Assembly: GCA_016700315.1 (NCBI GenBank)
Contig: CP065013.1
Span: 449,449 to 513,448, forward strand
Reading direction: 5' to 3'
DNA: 64,000 nucleotides
DNA from: Candidatus Saccharimonadota bacterium
Lineage (GTDB): Bacteria; Patescibacteriota; Saccharimonadia; Saccharimonadales; SZUA-47
The position numbers were made by a program, and so were the translations under genes. Shown piece after piece: positions 53,676 through 62,422 of the stretch (position 1 is its first letter; each line of letters starts with the position of its first letter). The notes beneath the pieces were generated by a model. The model saw only the letters and a program-made list of their open reading frames with translations, made no database searches and was not told the DNA's origin.

Positions 53676-53701
53676 CGACCGCCATGAAGCGGTCGTTTTT
53701 A
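53676..53701 (+). terminator. rho-independent terminator
   Basis: CGACCGC / GCGGTCG 7-bp stem, loop CATGAA, then TTTTT. Confidence 0.65.
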
Positions 53702-53729
53702 ATTAAGTTTAAAAAAATGGAGATAAATC

Positions 53730-53996
53730 ATGTATCAAGAAAATAGTTGTGAGGTAATAAAACCCCGCATAGATCCAGACAATCTGGGTTTACAGATGTA
53801 TATAAATCAGGAAACGATTCGGGCAGGCAGGTTGCTAGTTCGAGAGCTCCAAGCGCAAGATCCAGTAGATCGAGAACGCATCGGGCAAATTCGGATAGAA
53901 GTAAATGCCGCCAGATCGGCCGTCAAAGGTTTAGCTGGTAGAATCAAACAGGCTAAATTAGCGGCACTTAAACCGCAACGGACTTGGCTGAGATAG
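53730..53996 (+). CDS. hypothetical protein
   Basis: 88-aa ORF with GGAGA RBS-like sequence upstream; no family recognised. Confidence 0.45.
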   Translation: MYQENSCEVIKPRIDPDNLGLQMYINQETIRAGRLLVRELQAQDPVDRERIGQIRIEVNAARSAVKGLAGRIKQAKLAALKPQRTWLR

Positions 53997-54022
53997 GAGT
54001 ATAATTAACTTAAGGAGAAAAA

Positions 54023-55060
54023 ATGAAATATCTATTTTATGATGACTATTCAGAAGGCGTAGCGCCACAGATCTTGGATTACATCGCACAGAATAATTTT
54101 GATCAACAGTCAGGTTATTGTAACGATGACTATAGCAAGTTAGCCTCAGATCGAATTAAACAAGCGTTTGGGCTGCCAGATGCGGCTGTGCATTTTTTGC
54201 CAAATGGGACTATAACTAACGTAGTCGGTTTAGTTTCAATGCTTAAGCCGTATGAGGGAGTGATAAGCGTTGTCAGCGGGCACATAAACACTCACGAAGC
54301 TGGAGCAATAGAAGCAACAGGACACAAGATCCTGTGGGTAAGTAGTAGCGACGGCAAACTTACTCCCGAGTTAATCGAGGAGGCAAACTCAAGGCATGAA
54401 GATGAGCACACCGTGATGACAAGGGTGGTCTATGTAACTCAGCCGACCGAGCTTGGTACGTTGTACTCAAAAGCGGAACTCGAATCAGTTGTGCGTAAGG
54501 CCAAAAGTTTAGGACTGTACGTTTTCTTAGACGGAGCAAGGTTAGCTGCGGCTCTGGTTTCACCAGTCTGCGACATTTCAATAATGGACTACGGCAGTCT
54601 GGGCATAGACATGTTTTACCTAGGTGGGACAAAAAACGGCGGTTTGTATGGTGAGGCAATGGTTATAGTAAACAGGCAGTTACAAGAAAACTTCCGTTAC
54701 CATATTAAACAGCGGGGCGCTCTTATGGCCAAAGGCAGGATCATTGGTCAGCAATTTGCGCGGTTTTTTGGTAATGACAGACTATATTTGCAGTTGGCCA
54801 AAAACGCTTATGACTGTGCGAAGAGATTGTCAGACGGTCTGGTAGAACTTGGTGTTGACATATCGCCAACAGGTACAAATCAACTTTTTCCGATTTTAGA
54901 CAACGAGACTATTAGCAAACTTTCAGAGTCTTACGGCTTCTATGTTTGGTCAAAAGTTGACAGCACTCACTCACAAATTCGGCTAGTCACTTCTTGGTCA
55001 TGCACTTTAGGAGTAATAGACGAATTCCTAAAAGATCTAAAAGCTATTTTACAGTCCTAG
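54023..55060 (+). CDS. threonine aldolase / beta-eliminating lyase family PLP-dependent enzyme
   Basis: YDDYSEGVAPQIL, HINTHEAGA, FYLGGTKNGGLYGEA (PLP lysine context). Confidence 0.7.
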   Translation: MKYLFYDDYSEGVAPQILDYIAQNNFDQQSGYCNDDYSKLASDRIKQAFGLPDAAVHFLPNGTITNVVGLVSMLKPYEGVISVVSGHINTHEAGAIEATGHKILWVSSSDGKLTPELIEEANSRHEDEHTVMTRVVYVTQPTELGTLYSKAELESVVRKAKSLGLYVFLDGARLAAALVSPVCDISIMDYGSLGIDMFYLGGTKNGGLYGEAMVIVNRQLQENFRYHIKQRGALMAKGRIIGQQFARFFGNDRLYLQLAKNAYDCAKRLSDGLVELGVDISPTGTNQLFPILDNETISKLSESYGFYVWSKVDSTHSQIRLVTSWSCTLGVIDEFLKDLKAILQS

Positions 55061-55061
55061 A

Positions 55062-56828
55062 CTACTTCTTATTTGGGATTGTTTTGTTGGCGAGCTCGAG
55101 CATCCTATCGAGCATGCCACGGCCTATGATCTTACGCTCGGCTGATTCTTCGCGGCTGGCTTGACTAGCTAGATAGCTTAGGTGTTTGTCTTTGAACTTT
55201 TTGTATTCGCTCTTTTTTAGACCAGATTTCATCAAGAAGTTAGTGATCTTCTCAGTACCAATGTAATGTGGTAAAACTACGTAACTGGCTCCGGCTTCGT
55301 AAAGTTCAGTTGCCTCGACAGCGCTACTTGCAGTTACGATGAAGACGGCTTTTTCGTTGTGCTTCTCTAGCCACTGAGCTAAGTAAAGATCAGTGCCAAG
55401 ATCAGAAATAGTTGACACAACCAACATTGATTTTTCGAGGTTTATTTCTTCTAGCAGTTCAGGGTCAGTAACGTCACCATAAATACAGTGTTCACCATGT
55501 CGCTCGAGGTGGTCGATGATATTTGGGTCGTAGTCTATGACAACGTAGCGCTTTTTCATCTGAGAAAACGAGTCAAGAAATTCGTGGCCTCCTTTTTGAT
55601 AGCCAACTAAAACTAGGTCGTAGATCTCATTTTTTTCTTTGCGTTCTTTGGCGTGTTTGCGCTCAAAGAGCTGCAGGTACTTTTCAAAAACAAAATATAG
55701 TTTATCGGAGTAAAGCATCATATATGTCGAGAAGGCGATCGTGATTAACGCAACGAGTGTTACGAGTGAGACAACTTCTTGACTAATCTGGCCGGTACGA
55801 TTGGCTAGTAGCAGTAGTATAAGTGAGAATTCACTGACCTGAGAGCCAGTTAAGCCGGTGCGGAAACTAGTTTTTTTGGTATAGCCCGAAAGTCCCATAA
55901 CCGTCATTACAATAATAGGATTACCAACCAGAACGGCAAGCGATAGCAGACCGGCTTTAGGCAGCAGTTGGCTGATGTTTGATAGCTCCAAGTGCGATCC
56001 AAGTCCTATGAAAAACAGCACAATGAAAAAATCGCGCAGGATTTTGAGGCGAGACGAGATCTCTTGAGCGTAAGGCAGTGAAGCCATGACTACTCCCGCT
56101 AGCAGTGCACCTATTTCGAGGCTGAAACCAGCTTTTTGAAAAAGAGCTGCCACTCCAAGCGCCCAGCCTATTGCAAACAGGAAAAGAAAGTCCTGACTCT
56201 TGGCGATAATTTGCTTCATGTTGTTGATAACAACCATTCTGACTATTACCATCCCGACAACCAACGCCAAGAATTTGACTATTAGCCCCAAAAAGTCTCC
56301 AACCGAAAGCCCCCCAGCGCTAGATGCTGCCGTTACCAGCAGAGCAAATGTTGCGATGATGTCCTCAATCAACAAGAAACCAATTGAGATTTTGCCGTAT
56401 AGCCTGGTTAGCTCTTTTTTGTCGGCGAGCAGCTTCAATATAATAATTGTTGAGCTGAATGACAAACCAATACCTACAAAAAGTGCATCACGAGTGGCAA
56501 AGCCCATATAATTTGCCAGCACAAAGCCAACTCCCGTAGATACGGCAATTTTTGCAAGTGCGATAGCGGCGGCTATTCTACCAACCTCTCGAATAATACG
56601 CGGGTTTAAGCCGAGACCAACAATAAACAGTAGTAGTGCAATGCCGAACTCTGAGAAGACATCAATTGTTTCTGGAGAATGAATTAAGTTGAGCAGTGTC
56701 GGCCCTACCAAAAGGCCAGTCAAAATGTGACCGATGATCATTGGTTGGCGGATAAGGCGCATAAAAAGCGCCACCAATGTACCAACAACGATGACTAGGC
56801 TCAGTTCAGAAAATAGAGAAGCATGCAT
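55062..56828 (-). CDS. CPA2-type cation:proton antiporter with C-terminal RCK/TrkA-N domain
   Basis: About 12 TM helices (IIGHILTGLLVGP...) followed by LVLVGYQKGGHEF Rossmann-like RCK. Confidence 0.8.
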   Translation of the reverse strand: MHASLFSELSLVIVVGTLVALFMRLIRQPMIIGHILTGLLVGPTLLNLIHSPETIDVFSEFGIALLLFIVGLGLNPRIIREVGRIAAAIALAKIAVSTGVGFVLANYMGFATRDALFVGIGLSFSSTIIILKLLADKKELTRLYGKISIGFLLIEDIIATFALLVTAASSAGGLSVGDFLGLIVKFLALVVGMVIVRMVVINNMKQIIAKSQDFLFLFAIGWALGVAALFQKAGFSLEIGALLAGVVMASLPYAQEISSRLKILRDFFIVLFFIGLGSHLELSNISQLLPKAGLLSLAVLVGNPIIVMTVMGLSGYTKKTSFRTGLTGSQVSEFSLILLLLANRTGQISQEVVSLVTLVALITIAFSTYMMLYSDKLYFVFEKYLQLFERKHAKERKEKNEIYDLVLVGYQKGGHEFLDSFSQMKKRYVVIDYDPNIIDHLERHGEHCIYGDVTDPELLEEINLEKSMLVVSTISDLGTDLYLAQWLEKHNEKAVFIVTASSAVEATELYEAGASYVVLPHYIGTEKITNFLMKSGLKKSEYKKFKDKHLSYLASQASREESAERKIIGRGMLDRMLELANKTIPNKK

Positions 56829-56906
56829 AAATATTTGTTTTAATCTTTATGCTTATAATCTACAGTAAAAGCGTTGCGCCGTCCAGAAGATTGGCTACTT
56901 TTCTGC

Positions 56907-57557
56907 TTAGCTCTTTGGTTTGGCTGCCAAAGCGTCATCGATGGCTTTGGTGAAACTTTCAACAGTTTGAATATCTTTGGTATCAAATTCTTTACCATCA
57001 ATAAAGATGGTTGGAGTACCGCTTAGCTTTTTATCCTGAGCTTCTTTAAGGTCAGCGTTAATGCTATCGTTAACAGCGCTACTTGCAACATCTGACTTGT
57101 ACTTTTCCAAATTAAGACCTATCTGAGAGGCGTATTGCTCAAAAATGGCTGGAGCGTTGTTTGAACTTGACCAGCTAGCCTGATTCTCATACAAGATATC
57201 GTGCATTTCAAAGAATTTATTTTGGTTCGCAGCGGCTTCGGTAGCTCTAGCGGCGGCTCTGGCGTTGGTATGGATACTTTGGAGCGGGAAGTGCTTGAAC
57301 TTAAAGGTGATCTTTTCTTTATTCTGTTCTTTAACCTGCTTAACTATTGGGTAGAAAGAGCCACAGCCAGGACATTGAAAGTCGGCAAATTCTACAACCT
57401 CAACAGGCCCGGTACCGACAGTCCTTTTTGAGATACTCGACGTAGAATTACTTGATGAGTCGCTGCTATTTGGTGTTTGGGTGTCTTTTCTGCCTAAAAT
57501 CAAAAGCGCTGCTACGCCTACTGCTACAATTGCGATAATAGTAAGAAATCTTTTCAT
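56907..57557 (-). CDS. DsbA-family thiol:disulfide oxidoreductase, membrane-anchored
   Basis: VEFADFQCPGCG CxxC motif; SGTPTIFIDGK. Confidence 0.8.
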   Translation of the reverse strand: MKRFLTIIAIVAVGVAALLILGRKDTQTPNSSDSSSNSTSSISKRTVGTGPVEVVEFADFQCPGCGSFYPIVKQVKEQNKEKITFKFKHFPLQSIHTNARAAARATEAAANQNKFFEMHDILYENQASWSSSNNAPAIFEQYASQIGLNLEKYKSDVASSAVNDSINADLKEAQDKKLSGTPTIFIDGKEFDTKDIQTVESFTKAIDDALAAKPKS

Positions 57558-57628
57558 TAAATTCTCCTTTATTTCAGATTATATTCTAGCACACGTGCGC
57601 TGAATGAAAGTCGAGTTATAATAGGTTT

Positions 57629-58597
57629 ATGAATACGAAAATATTGATAGCCTTGAGCGTTTTGTTTGGTCTGGCTAGTATTTTCTTTCGCGCCTTGATC
57701 GTACTCATGGGTAGGGTTGGCCATTATGAATCCAAAAAGGCAGCCCAGTTAAAGCGTAAAGGCGCGCGTACTTTGTATGCAATGCAGCAAGCCGGTTATG
57801 AACCACTAATTGGTTTGGTGATATGGCAGTGGCTGGCAATAATTGGTTTTATACTTGCTTTATCAAAGTTGTTTTCGCTATTGCCGTCAGTTTTGCTGGC
57901 TACATTTGTGTTGACAATTGTCGGCGAGGTATGGGGTGCGCATAGTCTGCCAGCATTCTTGAAGCCCAGAATGGACACATTTGGCAAAATCTTGGGGAAG
58001 ATCCTATTCATCACCAAGCCGTTAAGCTGGCCAGTAGCGAAGCTACTTGATAAACGTTATGGTCGTGCCCAACCGATAATCTATAGTCGGGAACACCTTT
58101 TTGCTATTTTGGATCGCCATGAGCAGTCTCCGATGTCGGATATTGATAAAAGTGAGATTGAGCTTATTCAGCGCGCTTTGAAGTATAAGACCCTGAAGGT
58201 CAGAAAAACCATGACGCCCCTAGAAAAACTGCCCGTTTTAAGCTCTACCACAGAAGTTGGCCCGATTGTGATGGACGAACTCCACAAAACTGGCCAGAAA
58301 TGGTTTCCGATGACTGAAGGAAGCCAAGATCATGTGGCTGGTGTGGTGTCGCTGCCAAGACTAACGACTATGAAAACAGGGGGCAAGGTTAGCAAGGCAG
58401 CGGTGACGGACGTTTCTTTTATCGACGAAGGACTCAGCTTGCTTGAGGTGTTAGATATTTACAGAACTAGCCATGCGCAGGTATTTCTGGTCACAAATCG
58501 CTTCGACGATGTTGTGGGGCTTTTGACGTTGGAGCAGCTAGTAGGTGGGCTGGTCGGCCCAAGCACTGTTCAACCAAGTGAAACAGTGGTAAAATAG
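57629..58597 (+). CDS. CNNM/DUF21 transmembrane domain + CBS-pair protein
   Basis: N-terminal TM domain, then E(I)ELIQRALKYKTLKVRKTMTP and two CBS-like segments. Confidence 0.7.
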   Translation: MNTKILIALSVLFGLASIFFRALIVLMGRVGHYESKKAAQLKRKGARTLYAMQQAGYEPLIGLVIWQWLAIIGFILALSKLFSLLPSVLLATFVLTIVGEVWGAHSLPAFLKPRMDTFGKILGKILFITKPLSWPVAKLLDKRYGRAQPIIYSREHLFAILDRHEQSPMSDIDKSEIELIQRALKYKTLKVRKTMTPLEKLPVLSSTTEVGPIVMDELHKTGQKWFPMTEGSQDHVAGVVSLPRLTTMKTGGKVSKAAVTDVSFIDEGLSLLEVLDIYRTSHAQVFLVTNRFDDVVGLLTLEQLVGGLVGPSTVQPSETVVK

Positions 58598-58722
58598 CTT
58601 AGAAATGAAATTTGTTTTGGTAAATAACGATAGCAATCCACGGGTCGACTAACAACCGGCGAGTTGCTTTAGTTCACGACCCAAAATCAGCCAGACAAAT
58701 TAAGACTAATTTGGAGAATAAT

Positions 58723-60033
58723 ATGGAACGAACATTATCTAACCAATTAAAAACTAAGGTTGGCTCGCAAGCGATTGTCAAAGGTTGGCTGCACAAAAAA
58801 CGCTTACTTGGCGGACTAACATTTATCTCACTGCGTGATCGAGATGGACTAACTCAAATATTGATCGAGAACAAAGACGAAGTAGAAAAACTTCGAGGTT
58901 TGCAGGTAGGCACAGTGCTAGAGGTACGCGGTAATGTCATTGAAGAACCGCGTGCACCAGGCGGCGCTGAGATTCACGAGCCAGTTGTAACAGTGATGGT
59001 GCCGGTGACTTATGAGCCACCGGTCGAAATCGACAAGCCCATTAGCCACGAGGGCGAGGCGCTGGAGACTTTACTAGACCACAGAGTAGTTACCTTAAGA
59101 AACTTGCGCGAAACCGCCGTTTTTAAAATTCAAGACCGTATTATGGAAGCTGCTCGTGAGTACTTCTACCAGAACGGTTTTACGGAGATGAAAACACCAA
59201 AGCTACTTGCCAAGCCAACCGAAGGCGGCGCCGAAGTATTCACGATGGATTACTTTGGTCAAACTGCCTCACTAGCTCAAAGTGCTCAGTTTTATAAGCA
59301 AATTATGGTTGGCGTTTTTGAGCGAGTTTTTGAGATGGGCGGTACTTACCGCGCTGAGCCTTCGGCCACTAGCCGGCACATGACCGAATATGTGACTATC
59401 GATTGTGAAATGGGCTTTATTGATTTCCCGGAACTGCGTGAGTTTGCGCATGGCTTACTCAAATATGTTGTCGACCGAGTTTGGGAACAATGCGCTAATG
59501 AGCTGAAGCTTTGGAACGCTACCAAGCCAATTCTAAGTGAAAATCATGTAGCTATACCAATGCACGAGGTTCATGAGCTTTATACCAAAGCCACTGGAAC
59601 TTCAACTATCGGCGAGGAAGATTTGCGCCCAGACGAAGAACGCTGGATCTGTGAGTGGGCCAAGAAAAACAAGGGTAGCGAAGCCGTGTTTGTGACCGAG
59701 TGGCCAGTTGCCAGCATGAAGTTCTACCACAAAACAGAAGATGGCAATCCTGAAATTGCAGAGCGAAGCGACTTCTTGTTCCGTGGCATCGAGATTATGA
59801 CTTGCCCTATGCGCGAACACCGCTATGACAAACTGGTAGAGCAGATGAAAAAGCAGGGGCTTAACCCAGACGAGGATGGCTATAAGGCGTATCTGTCGGC
59901 ATTTAAGTTTGGTCTGCCACCGCACGGTGGTTTTGGGCTGGGTCTAGAGCGTTTGACTGCTAGAGTCATCGGGCTCAAAAACGTTAAGGAAGCCTCGCTC
60001 TTTCCACGCGACATTAACCGCCTCGCACCGTGA
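58723..60033 (+). CDS. aspS: aspartate--tRNA ligase, archaeal/short type
   Basis: Class II motifs (FRAEPS-like YRAEPSATSRHMTEY; GGFGLGLERL); ATG 58723 preceded by GGAG. Confidence 0.85.
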   Translation: MERTLSNQLKTKVGSQAIVKGWLHKKRLLGGLTFISLRDRDGLTQILIENKDEVEKLRGLQVGTVLEVRGNVIEEPRAPGGAEIHEPVVTVMVPVTYEPPVEIDKPISHEGEALETLLDHRVVTLRNLRETAVFKIQDRIMEAAREYFYQNGFTEMKTPKLLAKPTEGGAEVFTMDYFGQTASLAQSAQFYKQIMVGVFERVFEMGGTYRAEPSATSRHMTEYVTIDCEMGFIDFPELREFAHGLLKYVVDRVWEQCANELKLWNATKPILSENHVAIPMHEVHELYTKATGTSTIGEEDLRPDEERWICEWAKKNKGSEAVFVTEWPVASMKFYHKTEDGNPEIAERSDFLFRGIEIMTCPMREHRYDKLVEQMKKQGLNPDEDGYKAYLSAFKFGLPPHGGFGLGLERLTARVIGLKNVKEASLFPRDINRLAP

Positions 60034-60965
60034 GCGTTTTTGTCACACTAATACTAAAACTTTTACCGATTTACATTGTTATCGGGCTAGGTTTCTGGCT
60101 TACAAGATTACATAAATTAGATAAAGATACTTTAGTCAAAATTCTAATTTATTTAATTGCGCCAGTTGTAATATTTAGCGGGGTATACTCGCTGGATTTG
60201 AGCGGTAAATTACTTTTAGTTCCGTTAATATTCTTTTGTATCAGCTCTTGTTTAGCAACTTTGTCTTTTGTAATAAATAAAAAGTTTAAACCACAAAGTA
60301 TGCGTGGCATATTGGCGTTCACGGCCGGCAGTGGTAATACTGGCTATTTTGGTTTGCCGGTAGCTATTGCTTTATTTGGTGACTCGATAATTGGTTTAGC
60401 AGTGCTTTTGACCTTTGGGTTTGTGATGTACGAAAACACCGTCGGCTTCTTTTTGGCAGCTAGGGGCGGCTACTCTGCTCGGGAAAGCATCAATAAATTA
60501 CTGCATTTGCCGATGCTCTATGCATTTTTACTTGCTCTAATTCTGAATTTCATGAATATAAGTTTAGGTAGTGTATATGAGAATTTTGTTCCGAATTTTA
60601 GGGGTGCGTACGTAATTTTGGGATCTTTTGTAGTTGGGGCTGCTCTGGCAGGTTTTAGGCGGCACCACGTCGATTTGCCAGCCTTGAAACGAGCTTTCAT
60701 ATTTAAATTCATATTGTGGCCAATCGTGGTTGGTTTACTGATAGTGTTAGATAAAAACTATTGGCAAATATTCAATGATATTAACAATCTATATAACGTT
60801 AGTTTCTTGATATCTTTAGTGCCACTAGCCGCTAATACAGTAGCCTATGCCACATTACTAAAAACTGAACCAGAAAAAACTGCGTTTATGGTCTTTATTA
60901 GTACTATCTTTGCAATAATTTACATACCGTTAATGACAACATACGTTTTACCAGCAATAACATGA
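60030..60965 (+). CDS. AEC (auxin efflux carrier) family transporter
   Basis: 10-TM pattern, LLPIYIVIGLGFWL N-terminus, GNTGYFGLP. Confidence 0.7.
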   Translation: MSVFVTLILKLLPIYIVIGLGFWLTRLHKLDKDTLVKILIYLIAPVVIFSGVYSLDLSGKLLLVPLIFFCISSCLATLSFVINKKFKPQSMRGILAFTAGSGNTGYFGLPVAIALFGDSIIGLAVLLTFGFVMYENTVGFFLAARGGYSARESINKLLHLPMLYAFLLALILNFMNISLGSVYENFVPNFRGAYVILGSFVVGAALAGFRRHHVDLPALKRAFIFKFILWPIVVGLLIVLDKNYWQIFNDINNLYNVSFLISLVPLAANTVAYATLLKTEPEKTAFMVFISTIFAIIYIPLMTTYVLPAIT

Positions 60966-61516
60966 AGAATTCACAGGTAACTCAGTTTGGTGAACCAATC
61001 TTACGCCAAAACTCTAACAAGGTTAATCCAAAAGAAATAGAGAGCTCCACTGTTCAAAACTTGATTAGTCTTTTGGCTGCGACATTGGCAGATAAAAAGC
61101 TAGGTGTTGGTTTGGTGGCTCCGCAAATTGGTATTAGCGTGGCAGTTGCTGTGATAAGAATCCACCCTACCAAAATTCGACCAGAGGTCGATGCCTTAGA
61201 TCTAAATATAATTAACCCTAAAGTTACTAAAACTTTTGGGCGTAAAATGCAGATGTGGGAGGGTTGTATTAGCAGTGGCGCCGGCAAGGCTGGGCTGTTT
61301 GCCAAAGTGCCAAGGTATAAAAGAATTGAGCTAGAGTACTATGACGAAAATGCAAAAAAACACACAAAAGCTTTTGAGGGGTTGCCTGCTCATGTTATAC
61401 AGCACGAAGTCGACCATTTAAATGGCATTTTGTTTGTTGACAGGGTGGTTGACTCAAAAACGTACATGACCTATCAAGCATACAAGAAGGCCAAAGTTAA
61501 AAACCTGCTAGACTAG
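60962..61516 (+). CDS. def: peptide deformylase
   Basis: GVGLVAPQIG, EGCIS, HEVDHLNG. Confidence 0.9.
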   Translation: MKNSQVTQFGEPILRQNSNKVNPKEIESSTVQNLISLLAATLADKKLGVGLVAPQIGISVAVAVIRIHPTKIRPEVDALDLNIINPKVTKTFGRKMQMWEGCISSGAGKAGLFAKVPRYKRIELEYYDENAKKHTKAFEGLPAHVIQHEVDHLNGILFVDRVVDSKTYMTYQAYKKAKVKNLLD

Positions 61517-61520
61517 TATA

Positions 61521-62108
61521 ATGATCGACGAGAATTTTATATATCTGGGAGCGATTCTTAATGTGATTGGTACCGGCTCATACGTTATTGAAACCCTGAA
61601 AGGTAGGGCCAAGCCAAATCGAGTAACTTGGTTTCTGTGGGCTCTAGCGCCGTTAATTGCAGCATCTGCACAGTTCCGCGAGGGGGTTGGGCTGATAGCT
61701 CTTAGTACTTTTATGAATGGCTTTATGCCACTTCTAGTGCTTATTGCGTCGCTCATGAACAAAAAGGCTTTCTGGCAAGCATCACGATTCGATTATTTAT
61801 GCGGCAGCGTTTCACTGTTTGCGTTAATTCTCTGGCTATCTACAGGGAAAGGATTATTGGCGATACTTCTGAGTGTGTTGGCTGATCTTATGGCGGCTTT
61901 ACCTACAATAAGTAAGTCTTTTTATCAGCCAGAAACGGAGCATTCCATAACATTCCTACTAGCATTTATCGCGTCGAGCCTGACATTATTAACGATTAAG
62001 GATTGGAAGGCGGAGAATTATGCTTTCGCTCTCTATATTGTTATCGTAACAGCACTGCTTTATGTTCTGATCAAGTTCAAACTGGGGCTTAAGTATAAAC
62101 AAAACTAA
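61521..62108 (+). CDS. integral membrane protein, unknown function
   Basis: About 6 TM helices; no family recognised. Confidence 0.5.
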   Translation: MIDENFIYLGAILNVIGTGSYVIETLKGRAKPNRVTWFLWALAPLIAASAQFREGVGLIALSTFMNGFMPLLVLIASLMNKKAFWQASRFDYLCGSVSLFALILWLSTGKGLLAILLSVLADLMAALPTISKSFYQPETEHSITFLLAFIASSLTLLTIKDWKAENYAFALYIVIVTALLYVLIKFKLGLKYKQN

Positions 62109-62194
62109 TAATACTTCGGACGATAACCTTAAGATTTTTGTACGTGCTGATGTTTTGCAGTACAATGAAGTTACAAACTAAGCGAGGGAAAATT

Positions 62195-62401
62195 ATGGGA
62201 TTTCTAGATTTTTTTAAGAAAAAGAAAACCGATTCAGTGCAAGGTGCAGGTGATTTAGTTGATAAAGTAAAAGATCTTGCTCAAAACAACGCCGAAGAAA
62301 TCAACAGTGTAGTTGATAAGATTCAAGATGCTGTTCCTGGTACCATGGGTGACTCGGTAGTTGACGCAGCACAAGAAAAATTTACTGGCGAAAAGCAGTA
62401 A
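62195..62401 (+). CDS. small Rv0909/MT0933-like (antitoxin-like) protein
   Basis: DLVDKVKDLAQNNAEEINSVVDKIQDA...EKFTGEK pattern; ATG 62195 with GAGGGA RBS. Confidence 0.5.
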   Translation: MGFLDFFKKKKTDSVQGAGDLVDKVKDLAQNNAEEINSVVDKIQDAVPGTMGDSVVDAAQEKFTGEKQ

Positions 62402-62422
62402 TCTTATAAGAAGGGAGGCAGC

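Noticed and set aside
58598-58722. T-box or other leader upstream of aspS
   Set aside because: There are nested hairpins (GGGTCG...CGACCC), but the region is only ~110 nt. It has no T-box consensus and no terminator/antiterminator pair that I can identify.
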